DNA of 64,000 nt. Origin: Obrimoposthia wandeli (lineage: Eukaryota). The translations under genes were made by a program, and so were the position numbers. The stretch lies in contig CDROCS010003093.1 in the NCBI GenBank assembly GCA_977020255.1, positions 1-64,000 on the forward strand. The letters run 5' to 3'. Under the pieces are notes generated by a model. That model worked only from the letters and a program-made list of their open reading frames with translations, searched no databases and was not told the DNA's origin. Positions 28,900-38,753 of the stretch are shown here, one piece after another; position 1 is the stretch's first letter, and each line of letters starts with the position of its first letter.

Positions 28900-30258
28900 T
28901 TATGCTATTTTTGCTGACACATAGAATCTGATACACGATTTTCCAGCTGATTTAGCCTGGTACATAGCATGATCAGCATACTCAATTAACTGAGCGGGTA
29001 GCTGTGTATCGTCTGGGTAATGACTCACCCCTATACTTGCACTAACCAATATAAGATCAGACTCGTGCTCTATTTTCATATTGCATAACTGCAGCGTGTT
29101 ATTTGCAATGCGCTGCAGTATTTCTGGGCTAGCGTTAGGTACCACCATCACAAACTCATCACCACCCATACGCGTCACCAAATCATTTTGGCGTAAAGAG
29201 GCTTTCAGGCTCGATCCTATTTGCTGTAGTAGCTGATCTCCGCGCTTGTGACCTAATGTATCATTTACTTGCTTAAAACCATCTAAATCTAAGAAAAACA
29301 CCCCCACTTGGGCATTGTTCTGCTTTGCATTTTGTACATATTCAACTATTTTTTGATCTAACAATCGTCTGTTACCCAACCCTGTTAACGGATCAGTTAA
29401 AGCCTGATCTTTGTGTAAACTGTGTTGGTTTCGATAATGAGTCAAAGTTAAAAACAACATTAAAACCACTAATAAAGCGATCAAGAAATAGCTAATGAGC
29501 CACATTTTACTTTGTTGCTGCTCCATATCTGTTTCTTGAAGGTGCTCTGCAAAAAACCGACTCATTATCGCTAAATCATTTTGTAATCTAAGCTTCTCTA
29601 ATTGTTCATTCAAGCTCCAATCTCGTTGTTTCAAATCCAGTAAAATCTGTATATGCGTATTTACATTTTGCCATATTGGCAATATATACGGCGGTAGTGC
29701 GTCTGTATTTGGCGCTTCGCCAAGTGGCTTTCTATTATAAGTAACAAATTGACTCGTCATGCCATCAAAAATTTTACGCTGCATATATTGCCTAAAGCGA
29801 GTCACTTGCATTAGAGAAAGTAACTTAGAGCGATGAGCTTCACTTAGTGCCGCATTCACATTGTCTGCTACTTCAGGAAGATAGTTCAGTGAGTTGTGCA
29901 ACACAGCATTATTAGATTTAAGTTGTTCAATAATTGAAAACTTTTCGTCTAATAATAACTTCAAATTGGGTATGGTGCTGCTTAACTTGGTCGGTAATAG
30001 CGGCGGTTGATCTAATGCATCAGCGTATTCTTTGTGTGCTTGATTCAGCGCATCATAATTGCTGAAATACCAACTGTTCATTCTTAACACTTGTCTATCT
30101 AGATCTGCATCTAATTTCTCTAGTGTACTAACATAATTATGAATTACATTTTTTTGTAGCTGCTGATTGGCTTTCTTAAACTCAATATAGGTTAAAAATA
30201 CAGCTAAGACGATAACAGCCAATGTGAGTCCGTATGCCAAGCGTCTGAATGTAATCAT
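28900..30258 (-). CDS. Membrane diguanylate cyclase with a DAHL-type periplasmic sensor domain
   Basis: TM-periplasmic-TM layout; LEKLDADLDRQVL...NYDAL and KSNNAVLHNSLNYLP resemble DAHL; D.LTGL.NRR, LDLDGFK.VND..GH..GD, RQND I-site, GGDEF. Confidence 0.85.
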   Translation of the reverse strand: MITFRRLAYGLTLAVIVLAVFLTYIEFKKANQQLQKNVIHNYVSTLEKLDADLDRQVLRMNSWYFSNYDALNQAHKEYADALDQPPLLPTKLSSTIPNLKLLLDEKFSIIEQLKSNNAVLHNSLNYLPEVADNVNAALSEAHRSKLLSLMQVTRFRQYMQRKIFDGMTSQFVTYNRKPLGEAPNTDALPPYILPIWQNVNTHIQILLDLKQRDWSLNEQLEKLRLQNDLAIMSRFFAEHLQETDMEQQQSKMWLISYFLIALLVVLMLFLTLTHYRNQHSLHKDQALTDPLTGLGNRRLLDQKIVEYVQNAKQNNAQVGVFFLDLDGFKQVNDTLGHKRGDQLLQQIGSSLKASLRQNDLVTRMGGDEFVMVVPNASPEILQRIANNTLQLCNMKIEHESDLILVSASIGVSHYPDDTQLPAQLIEYADHAMYQAKSAGKSCIRFYVSAKIA

Positions 30259-31304
30259 GGCAGGAGCTCAGGGTGTATTGTCCCATTCAAGCTCTGTAAG
30301 AACTCGCTAATAAGCAGCACATTTTTTTGTGATATACGTCTGCCTAATTGATGCTTAGCCATTAATTTAATAACGCCTTCTAAACTTTTTATTGAGCCAT
30401 CGTGTAAATAAGGGCCACTAAGCGCTACATTACGTAGAGATGGGACCCTAAATACATGTTTATCCTCTTCTCTTTTAGTCAAGTTATAGCGCCCTAAATG
30501 AGCATTGCCCTCTTCTAGCCCAGCGGGACGGTAAGGAATAATCACTCCCAGCTTTTGCAATAAGTTACCACCGACGTTTTTCCCTTGATGGCAGGCAATG
30601 CAGCCAAAGCGCTGGAACACCTCATAACCTTGTATCGCACTTTTGGAAATGGCCATTTCATCCCCAAGCAAATAACGATCAAACAGCGATGGCGTCGTTA
30701 AAGCCGTTTCATAAGCAACTATTACAGCACTGACATTGTCTTTAGTGATACTTTGCCCGCCCTTAGAGGAGCTAAAAACACGATCAAACTGCTGCGTATA
30801 CTGAGGCGCATTTTTTAGTTTGCGAATAATCTCATTCCAAGTAAGCCCCATTACTTTTTTACCCTTCACTAATTTATCAAATTGGTGCGCTGCAGAATTG
30901 AGCTGCCCTATCCAACCCAGTTTATAATTGGTAGATAAATTAAATATTGATGTGGAGTTGTGCCCTGTCATTTTACCAGAGTACATTACTGGTCGACTGT
31001 CAGCACTGCTACCTCCAGATGAGAATTGATGGCATGTTGAGCAAGAAATTTTATTATCTCGAGAAAGGATTTTATCAAAAAACAGTTGTTTACCTAGCAA
31101 CATCTTCGGGGTGATCTGCTCAGGCCATTGGATAGGGGTGATGACCATATTCGAAGCCGCTAAAAGAAACGCTGCTTGTAATGAAACTAGCAAAATAACA
31201 ACTAAGCTCAAACACTTACTTTTATTTCCCAAAGCTCTTCCCCATTTTACAATCCAGCACTGACTAAATTTACTCCTGTAACTTAGTCCATTGTCTATAA
31301 ACAT
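30255..31304 (-). CDS. Diheme cytochrome c peroxidase/MauG-family protein with atypical active site
   Basis: Two CxxCH motifs (CSTCH, CIACH), LGKQLFFD..LS, FRVPSLRNVA..GPY.HDG; 4-bp ATGA overlap with the DGC gene. Confidence 0.87.
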   Translation of the reverse strand: MFIDNGLSYRSKFSQCWIVKWGRALGNKSKCLSLVVILLVSLQAAFLLAASNMVITPIQWPEQITPKMLLGKQLFFDKILSRDNKISCSTCHQFSSGGSSADSRPVMYSGKMTGHNSTSIFNLSTNYKLGWIGQLNSAAHQFDKLVKGKKVMGLTWNEIIRKLKNAPQYTQQFDRVFSSSKGGQSITKDNVSAVIVAYETALTTPSLFDRYLLGDEMAISKSAIQGYEVFQRFGCIACHQGKNVGGNLLQKLGVIIPYRPAGLEEGNAHLGRYNLTKREEDKHVFRVPSLRNVALSGPYLHDGSIKSLEGVIKLMAKHQLGRRISQKNVLLISEFLQSLNGTIHPELLP

Positions 31305-31354
31305 AAAGACAGTGTTTTATCAAACACTGCTTATTAATTACTTAGAGAAGTTCT

Positions 31355-31603
31355 TTATGCTTTCTCCAAACGCTCTTCAATTTCTTTGACCTTAGCTTCT
31401 AGTACTTCTAATTTTTCTCGGGTGCGTCCAAGTACTGCTGCTTGCGCATCAAACTCGTCTCTCGTTACTAAATCCAATTTTGACATGGCATTTTGAATTA
31501 GGCCTCTCATATGCTCTTGACCTGGTAATTGCTCACCTTTTGGCAAATTATTAACAAGAGTTGAAAACTGTTGCGTCAAACCCTCAATAAACTTCTCATT
31601 CAT
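31355..31603 (-). CDS. ubiK: Ubiquinone biosynthesis accessory factor UbiK (BMFP family)
   Basis: KLDLVTRDEFDAQAAVL.RTREKL..LEAKV; conserved position opposite Amt/PII genes. Confidence 0.88.
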   Translation of the reverse strand: MNEKFIEGLTQQFSTLVNNLPKGEQLPGQEHMRGLIQNAMSKLDLVTRDEFDAQAAVLGRTREKLEVLEAKVKEIEERLEKA

Positions 31604-31826
31604 AACAAACAACCCTAAGTGTGTAAAAAATATAGTTAGTGTTCGTCCAAAAACGGGACCGCTGTAGCAGCTGTTTCTGGATGGTACTGGTTGTTAAAGT
31701 ATAGCATACCCCTCATAAGCCATTAGCTATTTTATTTCGAACAAGAGTTTATTAACCGACATACTCTTGTTGCAATAAAAGACTTTTCGCACCATCAAAG
31801 CGAGTAAGTTCAAATTATTTACTCAC

Positions 31827-31843
31827 TGCACTTTTTCAGTGCA
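31827..31843. promoter_or_regulatory. NtrC enhancer site
   Basis: TGCAC-N7-GTGCA (TGCACTTTTTCAGTGCA), about 95 bp upstream of a sigma54 promoter; weaker CGCACCAT half-site at 31788. Confidence 0.75.
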
Positions 31844-31936
31844 AGCATCTGCTTTTATGCCACATATTCGTCTTTTTTTATCATTCTATTAGCAAAGCAC
31901 TGCTTGAAAAGGCGCATTAAGCTGTTTTTAAAAAGC

Positions 31937-31952
31937 TGGCACACTATTCGCA
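31937..31952 (+). promoter_or_regulatory. Sigma54 -24/-12 promoter for amtB
   Basis: TGGCACACTATTCGCA with exact GG-N10-GC spacing; fits Ntr control of Amt. Confidence 0.8.
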
Positions 31953-32011
31953 ATACCCCATGTAACTAATAGTTTTGATACTTCAATAACGAATTATCTA
32001 TAAGGGGTATG

Positions 32012-32178
32012 TAGCCCGGATATTGCATGCAATGCCGTGATGATAGCGCCGCTAGTTGTTTTTACAGGCTTTTTTCGATTGAGCGCCGTACTGGTGCGTC
32101 CGGTTGAGTGAGAAAGAAAAGTCAGTAAAAGCAAGGAGCAAGCTAGGGCGCGAGCAGATGGGTGCAATATTCGGGGTA
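32012..32178 (+). repeat. 167-bp palindromic MITE-like or structured element, copy 1
   Basis: 13 substitutions and 1 indel versus 63461-63628; terminal IR TAGCCCGGATATTGCA / TGCAATATTCGGGGTA; TA at both ends. Confidence 0.85.
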
Positions 32179-32250
32179 GGGCTTTATTGAGTTTATTCAG
32201 CCCAACAATAACCCCTAAAACTATTTTTCTATTTATCTTTGGAGACAATT

Positions 32251-33516
32251 ATGGAGTCACTAGTTAGCGACTTAAGTGCTGACCTAGTCCAGCTAAAATA
32301 CGCGCTTGATACTTTTTATTTTTTAATTTGTGGTGCGCTCGTTATGTGGATGGCGGCAGGTTTCGCGATGCTCGAAGCAGGCCTTGTGCGCGCAAAAAAC
32401 ACCACGGAGATTCTAACTAAAAATATCGCTTTGTATGCCATCGCTTGTACTCTTTATCTGGTGTGTGGTTATGAGATTATGTATAGCTCTCCTGAGGGAG
32501 GCGTTATACCAAGTTTGGGCTTTCTAATTGGTGCTGAGAACGAATTAGACGCCGTGCTTAAAGCCGATGATGATGCTCCTTATTATTCAGCGCGTTCGGA
32601 CTTCTTTTTCCAAGTGGTATTCGTTGCCACCGCTATGTCTATTGTATCTGGCGCGGTAGCAGAGCGCATGAAGCTCACGGCTTTTTTAATTTTCAGTATC
32701 GTCATGACAGGTTTCATCTATCCTGTTAGCGGTTATTGGACTTGGGGTAGTGGCTTTTTAAGTGCTGCCGGATTCTCTGACTTTGCAGGCTCTGGCATAG
32801 TGCACATGGCAGGTGCCGCTGCCGCGTTAGCGGGCGTACTTTTACTAGGTTCGCGCACAGGAAAATATGGTAAAGGCGGTAAAATAAATGCCATTCAAGG
32901 TGCTAACTTACCTTTAGCTACGTTAGGAACCTTTATTTTATGGCTAGGCTGGTTTGGGTTTAACGGCGGATCTGAGCTAAAGCTCTCTGATGTTTCAGAG
33001 GCCAACTCTGTTGCTCAAGTTTTTGTTAATACCAATGCAGGTGCAGCAGGTGGGGTGATAGCCGCTTTAATTTGTGCAAGGTTACTCTTTAATAAAACAG
33101 ATTTAACGATGGTCTTAAACGGTGCATTAGCAGGGCTGGTCGCTATCACTGCTGATCCGCTATCTCCTAGTGCATTAGGTGCATCTCTGATTGGTGCTGC
33201 TGGCGGTGTACTCGTAGTATTTTCAATTTTAGCGTTAGACAAGCTGCGCATAGATGATCCCGTCGGTGCTATCTCTGTGCATGGAGTAGTCGGTATTTGG
33301 GGATTATTAGCGGTGCCTATTAACAATGTTGACGCCACATTAACTGCACAGCTTTATGGTATCGCAGTGATATTTACTTGGTGTTTTACTGCAAGTTTAG
33401 TTGTTTGGAAAACCTTACAATTGACAATTGGTATACGTGTTAGTGAAACCGAAGAATACTTAGGTAGTGATATTGTTGAATGCGGAATGGACGCATATCC
33501 AGAGTTTAAGCGCTAA
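32251..33516 (+). CDS. amtB: Ammonium transporter (Amt family)
   Basis: M.AGFAMLEAG, SGAVAER, DFAGS..VH, GWFGFNGGS, DDP..AI.VHG (both pore histidines present); RBS GGAG before ATG 32251. Confidence 0.93.
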   Translation: MESLVSDLSADLVQLKYALDTFYFLICGALVMWMAAGFAMLEAGLVRAKNTTEILTKNIALYAIACTLYLVCGYEIMYSSPEGGVIPSLGFLIGAENELDAVLKADDDAPYYSARSDFFFQVVFVATAMSIVSGAVAERMKLTAFLIFSIVMTGFIYPVSGYWTWGSGFLSAAGFSDFAGSGIVHMAGAAAALAGVLLLGSRTGKYGKGGKINAIQGANLPLATLGTFILWLGWFGFNGGSELKLSDVSEANSVAQVFVNTNAGAAGGVIAALICARLLFNKTDLTMVLNGALAGLVAITADPLSPSALGASLIGAAGGVLVVFSILALDKLRIDDPVGAISVHGVVGIWGLLAVPINNVDATLTAQLYGIAVIFTWCFTASLVVWKTLQLTIGIRVSETEEYLGSDIVECGMDAYPEFKR

Positions 33517-33520
33517 AATT

Positions 33521-33557
33521 TAACTCTTGATGGGTTAGGCTCAGCCCAATTCATCTC
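33521..33557 (-). repeat. REP-like short palindrome, GAGATGAATT family
   Basis: Reverse complement GAGATGAATTGGGCTGAGCCTAACCCATCAA is 26/31 identical to the unit at 47281; lies just after the amtB stop. Confidence 0.7.
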
Positions 33558-33696
33558 AATTAATCAATCAACAAATGAATACGATGAGTACTATAAAGTT
33601 AAGATAAAAAATCACCTTGATCAGCATTTTTAGTGCTCAACTGCTGATTTTAGATTCAACCTTAGTCGTAAATGTATTTAATTATTGGATCTCTAA

Positions 33697-34146
<450 letters not shown>

Positions 34147-34181
34147 TACCTCAGATATTACTCTGTTTATATAAGTATTTT

Positions 34182-34217
34182 GAGTCTGCTCAGATATAGT
34201 ATTTTCTGAGCAGACTC
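34182..34217. terminator. Bidirectional intrinsic terminator
   Basis: Perfect 13-bp stem GAGTCTGCTCAGA / TCTGAGCAGACTC between convergent glnK and the kinase gene. Confidence 0.75.
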
Positions 34218-34245
34218 GCTCTTTTTTCTATTAATAAGCCTAACA

Positions 34246-35619
34246 CTAAATCTTCAGTTTTAGCGTCAAATTCACACGCAGCCCATTTGGTATAACATTT
34301 TCAATAGTTAAACTCCCCTGCTGCAACTGCATCGCTTGCTTTGCAATACCCAGCCCTAATCCATGCCCATCAATATTTGTATCTAAACGCATAAAGGGAT
34401 CACATAGCTGTGCAAGTGACTCATGCGGCACACCGGGCCCATTGTCTTGTATACTTATAAGTAATGTATTTACATCGGGATTAGATAAATAAACATTTAT
34501 CTGAGTTTGTTCATTTGTGTGTTTTAAGCAGTTCCCAAGCACGTTGCCAATCGCTCGCTCAAGTAATACTTCAGCACCTTGCGCGCTGCAGTTACAGCCG
34601 GCCTCAACTACCAGATTAATTGATCTGTTTTTTTGACTAAACTGACTGTCAGCCACCATTATTTCTATAATAGGCTCTACCTTGATCTCTGCATTAGCCT
34701 TTGTCTGCTGTTGTAATTTAGCCAATGATAACAGCTCATCAATAAGCATATTTAAGCGCTCGCACTCCAGCTGAATTCGATTTAAGGCCGGATGCTGTAA
34801 ACCCACTTGCTGCTCAATTATGCCACTTGCAGCGAGCAGCCTAGCTAGCGGTGCGCGTAACTCATGTGATACATTTTGAAATAATCGTTGCTGCCCTTTT
34901 AGAGTACCCTCAACATACTCAGCCATCTGATTAAATTCTCTTGCGAAATCGCCGATTTCATCCCCCCTATTACTTAGCTTTTCTACAACTCTCACACTTA
35001 AGTCACCACTCTTTAATCTCTGCACATGCTCTGTGAGTTCTTTGACGGGCCTGACCACAATAAAACTGACAATCAAACTAGCAATTGTCGAACTCAGTAA
35101 TATCAGTAGTGCTTGTACTGAAAAGATAAACGTTCGCCAGCGTTCAAAAGCATTGTATTTCTGCTTTAGGTAATACGCGACATGATAAGGTTTACCTGAT
35201 TTAGAGTGCACTTTCAAAATGACTTTTTCGCCTTTAGGCTGCTCTCTTCTTCCTAATATCTGCCTGCCTGAGTCGTCATGTAAAGTTATTAAAGGAAGTC
35301 CTTTACGCCCGATAGGATCGTGTTCTTCACTGTGTGACTTCATACGGCGCTTGTGCTCTTTGATTTTTTTTCTGAACTGTACGCTGCTTTCGTAACGCTC
35401 AACAAATTGCTCCATTTGCAAACGTACCTTAAACGTTATTTTAGAGCGGATGTTATCTTTATCTGCCAGTTGACCTATTACCAACACCGTCACAAACATC
35501 ACAGCTAAGCTAGAAACCCAAAGCGCTAAAAACACCTTCCAAAATAACCGGTTAAATTTACTTTGCACTTTATGTAAAAATTTAAGCATTAGCGACTCCG
35601 GCTTGTGAACCCTGCTCAT
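34246..35619 (-). CDS. Sensor histidine kinase, CpxA-like (HAMP-HisKA-HATPase)
   Basis: RGDEIGDFAREFNQM, VSHELRAPLARL, NVLGN, DNGPGV, GHGLGL. Confidence 0.9.
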   Translation of the reverse strand: MSRVHKPESLMLKFLHKVQSKFNRLFWKVFLALWVSSLAVMFVTVLVIGQLADKDNIRSKITFKVRLQMEQFVERYESSVQFRKKIKEHKRRMKSHSEEHDPIGRKGLPLITLHDDSGRQILGRREQPKGEKVILKVHSKSGKPYHVAYYLKQKYNAFERWRTFIFSVQALLILLSSTIASLIVSFIVVRPVKELTEHVQRLKSGDLSVRVVEKLSNRGDEIGDFAREFNQMAEYVEGTLKGQQRLFQNVSHELRAPLARLLAASGIIEQQVGLQHPALNRIQLECERLNMLIDELLSLAKLQQQTKANAEIKVEPIIEIMVADSQFSQKNRSINLVVEAGCNCSAQGAEVLLERAIGNVLGNCLKHTNEQTQINVYLSNPDVNTLLISIQDNGPGVPHESLAQLCDPFMRLDTNIDGHGLGLGIAKQAMQLQQGSLTIENVIPNGLRVNLTLKLKI

Positions 35620-36322
35620 TTACAATAAAGAGATAGCCTTCCCCACGTATTGTCTTTATCAACTCATGGCTGGGGAGAATTGCAGATATTTTTTGACGCA
35701 CTCTCGATAAATGCACATCGATAGATCTATCATAGGCAGTTAGTGGTCTGTGTAAGACTTTCTCTGTCAGCTCTGATTTGCTCACCACCACTCCGGGTTT
35801 TTGCATTAAGTGATACAGCACATTGAATTCAGCACTGGTAAGCTCTAATAGTACCTCTTTGACAAAAACTTCACGGGTTGATGGATGTAATGACACTCCC
35901 ATTAAATCAATATTACTATTTACGGCGATTGCGGGTACTTGCCCAACTCTTCGAAGCACCGCTTTAATTCTGGCCAACAGCTCCCTTGGGTTACAAGGTT
36001 TTGCCATATAATCATCAGCTCCCATTTCAAGGCCGACTATTCGATCAATATCTCCGCCTTTCCCGGTTAGCATAATCACCGGTAAATTGGACGTTGCTCT
36101 AAGTTGTTGCAGCAACTCTAATCCAGAAATCCCCGGCATCATTATATCAAACACCGCAATATCAAATGCGTTCTGCATAGCTAAGGTCTGTAACGCTTGT
36201 TCAGCACTATTAGCCGTACTTACGAGTAGACCTTCAAATATAAGGTACTGTGATAATAAGCTGGTTAGCTCTTTGTCATCATCCACAATTAATAAGTTTA
36301 TCTGCTGCATTTTTCTTCTCAC
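35582..36322 (-). CDS. OmpR-family response regulator, CpxR-like
   Basis: IVDDD, FDIMMP, GLEMGADDYMAKP, DRSIDVHLSRVRQK, TIRGEGY. Confidence 0.92.
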   Translation of the reverse strand: MRRKMQQINLLIVDDDKELTSLLSQYLIFEGLLVSTANSAEQALQTLAMQNAFDIAVFDIMMPGISGLELLQQLRATSNLPVIMLTGKGGDIDRIVGLEMGADDYMAKPCNPRELLARIKAVLRRVGQVPAIAVNSNIDLMGVSLHPSTREVFVKEVLLELTSAEFNVLYHLMQKPGVVVSKSELTEKVLHRPLTAYDRSIDVHLSRVRQKISAILPSHELIKTIRGEGYLFIVNEQGSQAGVANA

Positions 36323-36363
36323 ACATAACTAGAAGTTACATTATATCGCTATAAAAACGGTTA

Positions 36364-36387
36364 TTTACCTGCTTTACACAACTTTAC
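36364..36387 (-). promoter_or_regulatory. CpxR-type box
   Basis: Minus strand GTAAA-gttgt-GTAAA-gcag-GTAAA, between the regulator and the Spy/CpxP gene. Confidence 0.65.
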
Positions 36388-36463
36388 ACTATCGAAACCC
36401 TACTTATCACTTAGTTGCTGCAAACTACATCCATCAACAAAACATTATTCAAGGAGCACTACC

Positions 36464-36958
36464 ATGAAAAAGGCAATCGCGATAATTACCATTCCGGCAT
36501 TACTTTTAATCAGCAACATTTCAACTGCTAATTCAGATTCAATGGGAGAGCATTCTTGGGGTGAGGGTAAACACTCACAAGGAGAGCAGCACAATCAGAA
36601 AAACGGTGAAAAATTTGCTGCAAGAAAACTTAAAAAATTAAGTAAGAAATTGAATTTAAGTAAAGATCAAGAAACCAAACTTAAAGCTTTATTTGACCAA
36701 CGCCAATCCAGCAGAAAAGACGGTATGCAACAACGCACAGCATTACACAATAGCATTCGCACTTTAGATCCCAAGGCTGCTGACTATGCAACACAATTAG
36801 CAGCTGTTAAACAGCAAGCAGGCGTACAAGCGCAAAACAAAATCGATAAAATGATGAGCATGCGTGAAAGCTTACAGCAAATATTAACACCTGAGCAGTA
36901 CACTAAAATGCAAAACATGAAGAACAAACACACTAAAGGTAACAAGCATAAAAGCTAG
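36464..36958 (+). CDS. Spy/CpxP-family periplasmic chaperone or adaptor
   Basis: Signal peptide, LTxxQ-type motifs (LNLSKDQ, ILTPEQ), divergent from a CpxRA-like pair. Confidence 0.85.
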   Translation: MKKAIAIITIPALLLISNISTANSDSMGEHSWGEGKHSQGEQHNQKNGEKFAARKLKKLSKKLNLSKDQETKLKALFDQRQSSRKDGMQQRTALHNSIRTLDPKAADYATQLAAVKQQAGVQAQNKIDKMMSMRESLQQILTPEQYTKMQNMKNKHTKGNKHKS

Positions 36959-37037
36959 TCTATTGAGTTAAATTGGATTGAGCTGAGCTATATATACTTA
37001 GCGTCCAGCCATCGCAGCACATTTCTCCCTTCATAAA

Positions 37038-37061
37038 AAAGGCACCTATAAAGGTGCCTTT
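37038..37061. terminator. Bidirectional intrinsic terminator
   Basis: AAAGGCACCT-ATAA-AGGTGCCTTT with A/T tracts, between convergent genes. Confidence 0.75.
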
Positions 37062-37103
37062 CTGTGTTTACTAAGCTCTGTCACAAGCCAAGCGCTTAGC
37101 AGT

Positions 37104-38720
37104 TTATGGGTTCACAATTTCAGGCCCCATTATACTGTAAGGTAATGCTGTGGATAACCAAGGTACGTAAGTCACTATAATTAAAAACAACATAAGCACT
37201 AGCATGAAAGGTGTCGCAGCTTTAACAACTTTTGATAAGCTCATGCCCGTAATTGCTGAGGTTACAAATAGATTTAATCCTATTGGCGGGGTGATCATCC
37301 CTATTTCCATATTGACCACCATGATGATACCTAAGTGGATAGGGTCTATTCCCAACTCCATTGCGATAGGAAATACAATCGGCGCGACAATAAGCAGCAA
37401 CCCTGAAGGCTCCATAAATTGACCACCTAATAATAGTAAGATGTTAACGACTATTAAGAAAGTGAACCAATTAAAACCAACTCCTAACATCCATTGCGTC
37501 ACTATTTGTGGTATACGTTCTTCTGAAATAGTATGAGCAAAAAGCAGAGCGTTGGCGATAATAAACATTAACATCAATGTTGTTTTTGTGCCTGATAACA
37601 TCACATCACGTGTATCTCTACTATACAGTGCAGGTAGAAACAACTTCGTTAATAACAGTAGGTTCCGACCCCAAACAACAAAGCCTGCCATTATGCATTG
37701 CACAATACTACCCTTTATCTTCGCACTACGTATATTGATGTAAAATACGCTGATTACCACACTAAATATACCGCCCCATAATGCTCTACTGGCTGCGGTT
37801 ACTGTTTCAGATCCTGCGGTTACAAAAAACGACATAATCATCCACACCAAGAAGAATGACAAGCCATAAACAAGCCCATTAAATCCAACTCTTGCCGCAT
37901 CTGAATCAGTATCTGCAACCCATCTAACCCCTTTTAATGGCCCCATGTCTCGGTACACAAATAATGCGATGAATATCGAGTAAAGCGCAGCAACTGCCGC
38001 CGCTTCTGTCGGTGTAAACGCCCCCCCGTAAATACCACCCATGATGATAACGATTAAAAACAGTCCCCAACCGGCATCTTTACCCCCTTTAACGATGGCA
38101 GAAAAACCTTTCCAAGGCTCTGAAGGTAAGTTTTTAATCCGCGCGACCACATAAATAGCCAACATCAACATAAAACCGGCCAGTAATCCGGGGATCACAC
38201 CTGCCAAAAACATGCGCCCTACAGACACTTCTGTGGCTGATGCATACACTACCATTACAATAGATGGTGGTATTAAAATACCGAGCGTTCCCGCATTGGC
38301 AATAATGCCGGATGCAAACTCTTTTGAATAACCCACTTGGCGCATACCCACAATCGCGATACTACCGATGGCAACCACTGTTGCAGGAGATGAGCCCGAT
38401 AGTGCAGCAAACATCATACAAGCAAGTACTGATGCCATTGCTAAACCGCCACGAAAATGTCCTACGCAGGCAATCGCAAAGTTGATCAAGCGTTTAGCAA
38501 CGCCACCCGTCGACATAAAAGAAGAGGCTAATATAAAAAACGGTATCGCCAACAGTGTGTAATGCTGCCCTGCGCCAAATAGCGAAATAGCAACAGAGGT
38601 CAATTTTGCATCTGATACAAAAGTGATAAAGAGTATCGATGACAAACCTAGCGATATCCCAACGGGAATCCCTAAGAAGAGTAAACACAATACTAATCCA
38701 AATAATATGATAGGTTCCAC
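37104..38720 (-). CDS. dctM: TRAP transporter large permease with internal insertion
   Basis: LLAIPFFILA, ALSGSSPATV, GTLGILIPPSI, FTPTEAA, EIGMITPP.GLNLFV. Confidence 0.92.
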   Translation of the reverse strand: MEPIILFGLVLCLLFLGIPVGISLGLSSILFITFVSDAKLTSVAISLFGAGQHYTLLAIPFFILASSFMSTGGVAKRLINFAIACVGHFRGGLAMASVLACMMFAALSGSSPATVVAIGSIAIVGMRQVGYSKEFASGIIANAGTLGILIPPSIVMVVYASATEVSVGRMFLAGVIPGLLAGFMLMLAIYVVARIKNLPSEPWKGFSAIVKGGKDAGWGLFLIVIIMGGIYGGAFTPTEAAAVAALYSIFIALFVYRDMGPLKGVRWVADTDSDAARVGFNGLVYGLSFFLVWMIMSFFVTAGSETVTAASRALWGGIFSVVISVFYINIRSAKIKGSIVQCIMAGFVVWGRNLLLLTKLFLPALYSRDTRDVMLSGTKTTLMLMFIIANALLFAHTISEERIPQIVTQWMLGVGFNWFTFLIVVNILLLLGGQFMEPSGLLLIVAPIVFPIAMELGIDPIHLGIIMVVNMEIGMITPPIGLNLFVTSAITGMSLSKVVKAATPFMLVLMLFLIIVTYVPWLSTALPYSIMGPEIVNP

Positions 38721-38753
38721 AATAAAATCCTTACTGTTTGATCTTAAAAAAGG

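Noticed and set aside
31994-32248. 84-aa minus-strand ORF upstream of amtB
   Set aside because: It runs through the palindromic repeat; open frame explained by the repeat; no recognisable motif
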